Source: Atractiella rhizophila (Eukaryota). Taken from it: a stretch of DNA of 36,359 nt. The translations under genes were made by a program, and so were the position numbers. The DNA lies in assembly GCA_021432655.1 (NCBI GenBank), contig MU271640.1:1-36359 (forward strand). Direction: 5' to 3'. Under the pieces are notes generated by a model that was not told where the DNA came from, made no database searches, and saw only the letters and a list, made by a program, of their open reading frames with translations. Of the stretch, positions 12,668 to 22,077 are shown piece after piece; the first letter of the stretch is position 1; every line of letters starts with the position of its first letter.

Positions 12668-13888
12668 GATGATTGCTTCGTATGAAAGTAGGACGAGTAA
12701 CAGTGCCGACTGGTGCTGAAAGATTTTGTGTGTGGTAGGTGCTCTGAGCAAGTAAGGATTGCTGCCTCCTTTTAACCAGCCAAAAACCTGCACATTCCTG
12801 AGGAATAGCTGCGGATGCCAGGTTGCGCAGCCTTGTGTGACTGCGGTACTGCGACCGACTCACTAACAAGCAAGAGAGTGTTGCAAAGTTCGACCAGACG
12901 AATGTGAACATTCAAATACTCAGAACTTCCCACAGTGTATGCATCAACTTCACGCGAGCACAGGCTACAGTATTGTAGCCTGAAGCAAGTGAAGGTTAAT
13001 AGAATTCGTTGCAGTCCGATCGAAAGGTCTCTTCACTTTGCTAACGATGGCGAGCATAGGAAGGCTTTATTGCGCTTCGGTGACTAATCTCTGCTTTCAT
13101 GCAGTATCGCCTAGTTGTTCAGCTTGACAGGTCGGAAGAGTCGTCCTAGAGAGAATAAATCAGTACATAGTGCAGAATCAATACTAACAGGAGAGAATGG
13201 ATCAGAAAGGTTTTGATCTCATCGTCCAACACCGTAAAGGTGAAGGCTCTCGACGAGCTGGGTTATTAGATTTCAGGCGCATGGCGCCTTTTTTCATCAC
13301 ATCACCGCAGTAAAGCTTTGGAGGAAACAAAGTGCTCACTTATTCATTCAGTTTGACTCTTTCCACACTGTGATAAAGTTACTTCTTCTCATGTTCTTTT
13401 CGTCGCAACCATCATTCCCTTCACTTTCCTCCATTGCCGACATGCACGAAGAGCATGATTTTATCACTTTCACAATTTGTGGCGGCATTTTCCGAAAAGG
13501 CAATCACCGACCCAGCGCATTCCTTTGAGAAGCAACATGAACATCATGAGCGTATGAAGGTCCATGAACTATTGCCTCTACAGGTGGTAATATACATAAC
13601 AAATGGGGATGGGCTGAGAGTGTGGCCCTTTGTTATCTTCAATATTAGTAGTCGCAAGCGAAAGGAAATCCTATGAATTTTCCGTCCCCCCTCCCATCCT
13701 TTGATTCGAGCACAGTCAACAAATCACTCCACATCACCACAGCCTGTGGCATTACTTAGAGAGCTAGTTGAGGGTCTAGATCGAAAGGAAGACGTACACC
13801 AGAAACTCCGAAGAAGAGACTGGGGTATCCATACTTCAAATCATAACAAAGCAAGAAACTCTCTCTCGACCTCTCAGTGTTATCGTTC

Positions 13889-16666
13889 CTAGCCCTCACT
13901 CGGAGCGTGGTCAGGTCTAGAAGTAGTTCTTTGCCTCCTCAAACCAGAGGGAGGCAAGGTAGGAAGAGTTTTCGTCCTCGCGGGAATGGAACCGTGTCCC
14001 GAATCTGAAGCCGCACTTCTATTCGGAGAACCAAAGGGCGAATCGAGACTTCCGGAACCTCCGATCCTTCTCTCATCGTCGCTGAATCCCATCGCTTGCC
14101 TGTATTGCCACTCGTCCACTCCAAGAACTGTGTTCCTATGATTGTTCTCAGGACGTGGAGGGCCAAGGCGGCGGGAGAAGTAGTTAGTGCCGCTGTTGGG
14201 GTTTGCATTTGGAGGATAGTTCTGGTGGGTTGAATTGACCGTATTGATGGTTCGAGTTGAGTTGGAAGGAGAGACGGAGGGGATGACGGAGTCGGAGTTG
14301 GGGCTGCGGAGGGGAGTTTTCGATAAGAGGATTGTTGATCGACCAGCGTTTCTTGATACGATTTTCCTTCTTCTCGATAACTGCTGGGGCTGTGAGACGA
14401 TTGAAGAAATGTCATAACGTTGACATGGACATTTCGAGGTTGATTGAGGAGGGATGACACGGGCACAAACATAGAAGAGCACCAATCAGTCGATTTCCCC
14501 ACGTCTGATAAGAAATGATCTCTGACAAGAGTCAACAACCCAAGACACCGCGAAGAAGAATCGAAAGAAGAAGGCCGACATGATGAGGTGAATGAAATTG
14601 GCAAAGTGAAATAAGAGAGGACGAGGGAAGAAAGGAGAAATAACGGTACAGGTAGCTACGTAGCTAGAATATATGAACGGATCCACTCCCTCCAACGAGA
14701 CTGGGGTAGCATAAATTAAACAGGATGTTTTGGTATTCGTGTCGTTCGAGGGAGGAAGGGAAAAGTCGAATGCAACGGGACGAGGAAGAAGAAAAATGAA
14801 AGGGCTCGTCAAGGTTCTAATATATCCCAACAAGACGCTGAGGTTTTCTCTCTGGAACCCGCGCTTTGAGCCAATCCAGCAGCCATAAAAGCAAGAACGA
14901 ACGAGACCGTTGATCGCAAGTGAACTCACCCTCGGGATTGAGGTGAGGGACTCCTTTCTGTTGATTGCACCTTCGAAGCCATCTCCGCCATCTGGATGGC
15001 GATACTTCGTCAGCAATGGTGACAGGATAATTCAGAGGGTAAGGACTAACTGGCTGATCCTCCAGCGGGACTAAAGAGTTAGAAGTTGCCGTCGACGTCG
15101 TCTGGAGCTCGTTTGTGTATTTGCTCGAAGACTGGGCGTCCAGATTGAACCACGACTTGCGTTGCATCTTTGTGAAGTCGTAAAGATGGAAGCTGCAATT
15201 CAACAATTCATTAATGTCAGGAAACGAAAAAGACGCGGCACGGACTTTTGCTCCATTGATCGATAGTCAGCTGACAACTGATTGATGTCGAGGTTCGGGT
15301 TGCGCTTCTTAGCCTTGAGGGGATTATCTTCGAGCAAGAGTTCCTCAAGTTCGTGTGTTGCGTCAAAGTTAGCTTTCTTGGACTGTTGAATGGAAAAATC
15401 CGACCAAGTCCACCCGCTTAGCTACTCCGTTAAACGGCTATAGAAGAGGAGATACATACATCAGGTTCGAAAGGGGGAACTATCTCCTTTCGTTCTAATG
15501 CGACCCAGTCGACTCCCTTGAACCATGGATGGCGTTTGAGGTTTGCCAGTCCGCCAGTTTGCCTCGTCCCCAGTCGCTTGTTGATGTCCCGCTCCAGGAA
15601 CTGGGCGCAAACCCACACGCTCGGTCAACCGTCTCAACACATCGAGATGTAAAATGAGAAACGTACACCTCGAATACATGATGCAGATTCCGGTGTGATC
15701 ATCTCTCCGCCCGCCCCATCCCTTCCCACATCCTGTACATCTGCCATCTTCACTGACTCTTTAAGGATCGAGTGCGTCAGACTGCTGTTCGTCTTGCCCT
15801 TGAATGGTCGTTTGCCGTACATGAGCTCGTATGCGAGGACACCAAGAGACCACCAATCAATGGTAGAAAAGTATCCACGCTTTGCGAGAATCTCGGGAGC
15901 TAAGTTCGCAAACCGCCTCGGTTGTCAGAATTTTGATGCGTCAAGGGGAGGGTGAAGTGAAGGGAGGACTGACCCATGTATGCCATACTTCCTGCAATAG
16001 ATGTAAGCGGTTTTCGTTCGTTAAAATGAACAGCGATGTTGAAATCGGTCAAGTGGGCATGACCCCGTTCGTCAAGAAGAATGTTGTCCGGTTTGATATC
16101 CCTACACATTTCCCGTCAATTCTGGGTCTACAGCAGTAAAGGCGGTGCAGGGTGGGAGTGAACGAACCGGTGGACGATTCCCCGCTCGTGCAGGTAGTCC
16201 AAAGCCACGGCCAACTCCATGACATAGAACCTCACACGCTCCTGACTGAAGAGGCCCATCCTATCCAGATGAAACCTCAAATCTCCTCCCAACATTAAAT
16301 CCAAAACCATGAATAAATTCTCATCATCTTGAAAGGCATAACGCAAGTTGCAGACGAAAGGACAATCGATCTCTTCTAACAGTCGGCGTTCTTGAATGAT
16401 ATTTTGAACTGCGTGTTGCTTCGCTATTCGAGCTTTATTGATGTACTTGAGAGCGTAGAGCTGTTTTGTCTGTTTGTGCTGAACCACTCGAACCTAGCGA
16501 TCCATCCGGTACCCGTCACTCCACCGATCCCTTGGCTCCAAAAGCAAAAGAAGTGACATACCTTTCCGAAAGCACCTTTTCCTACTGACCGTAAGAGATA
16601 AAAGTGCCAAAGGTCGACGGGAGCGTCGAAATCGATTTCCTCCGGTCTACAACAGAGAGCACCCAT
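13889..16666 (-). CDS. AGC Ser/Thr protein kinase, YANK/STK32 family
   Basis: MGALCCRP lipidation-type N-terminus, [62 protein letters not shown] (DFN typical of YANK), [19 protein letters not shown]. The last exon 14389-13889 is inferred across a 540-nt intron and is less certain. Confidence 0.92.
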
Positions 16667-16864
16667 TCTTGATGAAGATTATCGGTATGCCTGGAGTGTG
16701 GGTATTGGGGTTGTTGGTGTCTCAAGGAAAAATAAAAAATAACGAAGAAGTGTAGATTACTGAAACTGGAAGGTAATAATGTAATAAGGAGGGAGGACTA
16801 CTTAGACGTTGGCGACGCTGCGTCGTGGTGGAAGAGCGAAGAAGTTCGGTTCGGAGGAGCGTTG

Positions 16865-16889
16865 NNNNNNNNNNNNNNNNNNNNNNNNN
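16865..16889. other. Assembly gap (25 N)
   Basis: Run of N. Confidence 1.
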
Positions 16890-17053
16890 TGCTACTTTAG
16901 TCATAACTACCATAGAATTCGACCGACCGACAACATTCTCGTTGACAATCCTAGCTGTTGTACGTATTCGGGCAGAGGCGCTATCTATAGTTTCGTAACT
17001 CTAAGTAAAGGTAGTGTTGGGGTCGAGGACTAGTACGTTTCTACTGCCGAGTG

Positions 17054-19342
17054 CCGTTACAAAGGTAAGTATAGTCTGCACTGTCGACGTTTCCGGAATG
17101 AAGGGTCTTCTAGATAGTAGGGTGTTTTATTTAGTCTTTTGTTCTCTCTACAATACCATCTTTCCATGGTTTCTCTCGTTGCTGAGGGAGGCAGCGGAGG
17201 TCCTTGACCCACCACAGGTGAGGTCCACACCAACTCTGTAGTCGCATCCTCGCGAACTACCATAGTTTCATAGGTCCACATCGGTAAAACTACGACTAAA
17301 ACACGACTAGACCCACCCTCTAAACCTCCTCCGGAAGCAAAATACGAAAATACGTTCAGTTAGCCCTACGCGAACTAGCTCTAACAAACGAGCATAAACT
17401 TAACACCACGTACTGATTTCTTCATGATGTTTTCATGGGTTGGTGGTGAAATCTGGAGAAAGACCGGTAAAGTGCTACTCGCACGCATAAAGAGGGAAAA
17501 ACATAGTGAATTAGAGTGCCTAGCCGACCTACAAGTCCATTAGTGGTTGGAAAAGTTCGCGTTAAGGCAGAAGCAGAGGTGGCAGCGGCACTGTCGGAAG
17601 CCGAAGAGGTAGCAAAAGCTCTTCCGGTGTTGGCGAAAGACCCTGTTGGTGTTGGCCCCACATTCGGAGAAGGAGACACATGAAAACACTCCTGTCTTCC
17701 TCGACTACTTCCCTACCCTTGTCTTTGTCACCTTCCTATAGTCTGTGTTCATACACCTCCGACTCCTCATCTCGTCTCGTCTCTTCGTTACCTTAAAAAA
17801 CTCGTAGCGACTAAACAAATTTGCACTCACCTACTACCAATGAACTGCACCACACACGAGGAAAGAGAGCAGAAGGAGGCCCACCTTTGTCTTCCACAAC
17901 AGCATTGGACGGAGCCCAGTAACAGAAGATACTCGCAAGATGGAGTGTGAGCATGCGGATCAAACGCGCTTCGTAGACGAAACCAGCCTTCTCGTCTACA
18001 AATACACTCGAGACTTGACAAAAAGAATCGAGAAAGCCGAAAAGACGGTAAGTCTGGCAATTCAAACGGGAGCTGTAATAACGCTACCGTACTTGCCTTT
18101 CTGACTCTCACTCTTCGACCGATCGTAAGTCATGAGAAATTTCGCTTCGGCACATCGGCACGGTTTGCCTCTATTGGTTTTTAGCCAAGCTCCAATGTAG
18201 TTGAGCAAACCTCAATTTTTGATACCTTTTTTCGACAGTTAGTATACATGTCGTGATGCCTAACTCTTTATACTAGTCGAGTCGGCCACGAAAGGGAGGG
18301 TTTCGCGACGTTCGAAGCCCATACCTTGCAACCGCACTCCCCGGTCGCAAGAGTCGAGTCGCAAGCCAAGGGGCCTACTTGGACTTGATTCGTGAGAACC
18401 CTCACCGAAGTTACCGTCGGCGAAGCCTGGGCGCGCCGCACTGATAACGAACTGTAAGCCACACTCGCAGCCACGCTCGCTTTTAAAACGTTCCTCTCCC
18501 ACTCCACTTTCCTCGGCAACCAGGCTCCGAAGTTATGCACGAGTCCAAGAACACCTGGGTGAGACAGTGTGGAAGTACAGTACAACACACTGAGTTGAGT
18601 TCCCTATATTTTATCACCCCGTAATACCGGAGAAGATCTGGAGAGTAAACAAAGACTCAATTCTTGCCTTTTTTTTACCCGCTAGCGATGAAGCTCTTAG
18701 GAAAGAACAGGGAAGGATTCCTACCTTGATATCGCCTACTTCTTCTCTTCTGCCAGGATTCCGTCCGTTAATACCTATTGTATGAGTACAGAAAATCAGA
18801 GCGCGTCAAGCCGCCGCACCAGCCGAGTCGGGAACTCTCGAATCGCTGGTCGAGAACGAGAAGGGGGAGAAGAAGCGAACTGCGACCGAAGGACTGATGT
18901 GGCTGCTTCGCGGACTGAGGTTCACACACGCTGCCATGGCTCGATCGCTGCAGAACAAGGGCGAAGAGCTCACGGAGAGCTTCACCAAGGCATATGAAGG
19001 AAGCTTGAAACAGTTCCACAACTTTGTCGTCAAGGGTGTCTTCACCGTATGTGTTCTCCCTTCTCTGCATTTCGTCTCCTCTTTTCGCTCGCGATATTGA
19101 TGCGATCGATGATGGAGTAGTTGGCCATGAAAGCCTGCCCATACCGCAAAGACTTCTACGCAAAGCTGGGCTCAGACCAGGCGAAGGTCGAAGAACAGCT
19201 CGGTGCCTGGCTCGACGCTTTGGGCAAGATCATCGACCACATGGAGAAATTCTAGTTCGTCCTTCCCACTCTCAGTCCTCTTCCCAAACAAATAAATGAC
19301 CCTGGTTCCAGCCAAGACGGAGGACACAACAAGGGTTTCTAG
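17054..19342 (+). CDS. Glycolipid transfer protein / HET-C2 homolog; exons 1-2 lie in the mirrored block
   Basis: Backward reading 17286->17169 and 17112->17054 gives MATPGYFDTIKRSYADVSTTPGVDTTQFLEATEGVVALF|DLLGSKAFAAVTSDMNGNIA. Normal plus strand from 18792 continues KIRARQAAAPAESGTLESLVENEKGEKKRTATEGLMWLLRGLRFT..AYEGSLKQFHNFVVKGVFT|LAMKACPYRKDFYAKLG..QDGGHNKGF*. Confidence 0.93.
17476..17771. CDS. QCR9: Cytochrome bc1 complex subunit 9; readable only as the plain complement left-to-right (minus strand once the block is corrected)
   Basis: Complement exons 17476-17481, 17538-17660 and 17724-17771 with GT..AG introns give MS|VITNLFKRNSVFVSTVAVTAFGFSIVFEKATTAFWDNHNRG|KQWKDIRHKYVEAEE* (58 aa). 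Confidence 0.93.
18676..18780. CDS. 5' fragment of a LanC-like protein gene in the mirrored block
   Basis: Complement left-to-right gives MGDRYFENPFLSLPKDGTIADEEEKTVLRQAIMDN, with TATAAAA at 18606-18612 in the same reading. It aligns by eye with the 12667 exon. Confidence 0.6.
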
Positions 19343-19782
19343 ATTCTCAGCCAGAAGAAACCAATCGCATTGTCATAGTCCAAATGATCAAGGTGTAGAT
19401 TGCATTTCCTCCTGATCTTCATGATCAGATTTCGTTCAGGGTTCAATGTGGATAGTGAGTGGGAGGTAAGGGTTGCAATTCATCATCAGTGAAGCAGTGT
19501 AACGATTTTCGATTCGATTGAGGATTGAGGATTGCATATTCACGATTAAAGAGCAATAAAGAGGTCGAACTACCTAGTTATTTTGAATGTTAACGATAAT
19601 AAGAGAAGGAATCTCGAGAGGCGAGGACGCGCCAAGAATCCAAAGCGAATGTCGCTCAAAGCCCAAAGGACAAATCCGAACCCAAAATCCCCATCGTCAA
19701 TCAGACCGAACAGACAACTCCACCTGCATCCTTCTTCTACCAACTTTCATCTGATGTCACAACCTTCTCCCACCATCTTCAT

Positions 19783-21081
19783 CTAATAGTCTTGCACCTC
19801 CGGTGCCACCCCTCTACCCTGAACCGGCCTTGGATAAACCGGTGAGCTCATGAGGTTATCTCTCATCCTCGGATCGTAGTCGTCCCTCGCCAAATCCGTC
19901 CTCACGAATCCATTGCCTCCGCCGACGGCACCATTGCTCAGTGGCGACGGGGAGAAAGCAGAGAAAGACTGGGACAGGGAGGTGGAATGTCCCCCTCCAT
20001 TTCCATAGCTAGAACCGTGACTGCTGGTCGAGAAGGGGGTCGTGGAAGGCATGGGAGGAGGGGAGGGGAGCATCCTCCTCGAACCCGTCGTAGAAGACGC
20101 TCGGGAGTGGGAATGGGAAAGTGACTGAGATTGGGAATGGGAGTGAGAGTGCTGATACTGTGACAGGAGGCTCGGCATCCTAGAAGGAGGTGAGGGGGCG
20201 TCGTCATGAGCGAGTGGATAAGGTTGAGAGGAGGAGGTGTGAGAGAAGGAGGAGATGGCCGGGGACAGAGCTCGCTCGTACACTTGCGCGGTTGAAGGGC
20301 CGTTTGGGTTCGGCAGTGCGCGCATGGGCGAGGGTTGGATTGGGGTCGAGACTTTGGAGGGAGCGTTTGGTTCGGGAGGAAGACGACGGATGGAGACGGA
20401 GGGAGAGATGGCTGATGCCGGGGCGGAGGCGGGGACAGGTAGGGCGGTCTGGAGCTTCGGGAGGGAAGTAGGGGAGGGAACGGTTGTGACATTGCCGTTG
20501 CTGTTCGTGGTGGGAAGGACGGGAGTGGGTTTGGTGGAGATGGGAAGGGGAACGGTCGCGCCTACAGCAGGCGAGGCATCGGGAGAAGTGAAAGCGGAAT
20601 GGTCGGTGTGGACCTCTTCCTCTCTCACCAACGCCTGCAGCGAATTCGGATTCGGATTCTCATTCTCGAACGAGAATCCATCGACGGCGTCTTGATCAAG
20701 CGCTTTCGCCTTGCCTTTGTCCTTCCTCGGAACGAACACCACCTCGCTCTCCTCACTAATGCTCTCCTCGGCTCCACTCTTTCCGCTCTTGCTCCTCCCT
20801 AGATCTGAACGCGGCATCGAGCCGTTCCTCCCCAAGCTAGTCTGACCGGCGTGCCCCTGGGCGCCGTGAGAGTCGCGGGAAGGAAGGCTTGAGTTCCTCC
20901 CCAAGATGGATCGTGGATTCGAATCGTTCCTTCCCAGACCAGCGCCGGGAACGAAACCAAAAGAATCCACGGATCTAGCCAAGGACCCTGTCCTGCTGAG
21001 GATCTGAGACTTATCAAATCCTCTCCCTCCGCTGTGTTCCCTTCCCATGTTCAAGTTGTTCTTCACACAGCTCCTCGACAT
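19783..21081 (-). CDS. Pro/Ser-rich low-complexity hypothetical protein; possibly the 3' part of a larger or truncated gene
   Basis: 432-codon ORF, GC-rich relative to its flanks, with LGRxxS repeats, Pro-rich tracts and an HS repeat. No recognisable domain. Confidence 0.65.
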   Translation of the reverse strand: MSRSCVKNNLNMGREHSGGRGFDKSQILSRTGSLARSVDSFGFVPGAGLGRNDSNPRSILGRNSSLPSRDSHGAQGHAGQTSLGRNGSMPRSDLGRSKSGKSGAEESISEESEVVFVPRKDKGKAKALDQDAVDGFSFENENPNPNSLQALVREEEVHTDHSAFTSPDASPAVGATVPLPISTKPTPVLPTTNSNGNVTTVPSPTSLPKLQTALPVPASAPASAISPSVSIRRLPPEPNAPSKVSTPIQPSPMRALPNPNGPSTAQVYERALSPAISSFSHTSSSQPYPLAHDDAPSPPSRMPSLLSQYQHSHSHSQSQSLSHSHSRASSTTGSRRMLPSPPPMPSTTPFSTSSHGSSYGNGGGHSTSLSQSFSAFSPSPLSNGAVGGGNGFVRTDLARDDYDPRMRDNLMSSPVYPRPVQGRGVAPEVQDY

Positions 21082-22077
21082 TTGGAGGGTGGGTTAGACT
21101 ATTTTCAGTTTCGGTGATGATCAAGGCGGGCCGTATCTCCCTCTGGTCGATCATGCATCAGTTGCACCTTCCAAAGAAAGTGGTTCTCGTGCTAGCCTCG
21201 ATAGCTGACTAAGGATCCATATTTTGATATCTTGTTCATCTTAAGCAAGTTCACCGAGGAGCGATAGGTAACTCCTTGAGGGGATGTCTTTTTATTCTCA
21301 GTCAAAGAGGACGCTTGTTCTGAAGCGTACGATAGATGGTAGACACCTTCAGGTCATCACCAAAAATTTTTCTGTCACAATCATCTCATCTGAGCTGTGA
21401 ATTCCTGAAGAGTACAAGATCGAACATACACTGCGCCGCGTGCAAACCAGAAAACCTGCCAGAAGAAAGTGAAAAAGTTCTGGCTACATCATGAACACGA
21501 ACCAGCTCCAAACTCAATGTTGAGCGAAAAGGACGTGAGAGAATCCTGGTAAGTTACTGTACAACCTTCTTTGATGAAAAGGATGAAGGAGACGTTGTAT
21601 CTCACCAAGAGGGGATCGTTCCATTCGAGGGATTGTTGCGAATAAAAATTGGCTCCCTGACAGAAGTTATCAGGATTATGACTGCTCAGTTCCGCAATTG
21701 GGATGGCGAGTCAGCATATTTCATTCTACCAGCTACTCTTGCAATTCATTATCACAAATGAGACGGTTATGATAGGAGAGGACCAGAATTAAAAGAAGGG
21801 ATTTTTGCGAGAAAACACGTGAAGGTAAAACACGTAAAACCGAGGCACAATTTGCAATCCATTCTTCAATCCTTTGTTGACTTCATCAATTTACTGACAC
21901 GACTGACTTGGTTTATCGTAATCAAAAAAGAAGAGGCGAAAGAAATAAGTTATGGATTGCAATGCCACATTTTGACGCTTTTCCTTCAACAAAACAGGTA
22001 ACCGTTACAGAAATCGACGACAAGTAAGTGGAGACACACGAAGGAACTAAAGAAAAGACATTAGGACGACGGCGTGC

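Larger units (their letters stand above)
16890..18781. other. Mirror-reversed segment (reversed, not complemented); probable assembly artefact
   Basis: Read right-to-left without complementing it gives GLTP exons 1-2; the plain complement read left-to-right gives QCR9 and a LanCL-like start. Right boundary is uncertain by about 2 nt. Confidence 0.95.

Noticed and set aside
16890..18780. ORF-track calls in this interval (e.g. 17422..17679, 17827..18111, 18268..18588)
   Set aside because: They are by-products of mirrored sequence; the real coding content appears only in the reverse-only or complement-only reading.
21100..22000. Possible transposon remnant
   Set aside because: No terminal repeats or transposase/RT motifs found; only short stop-interrupted frames.
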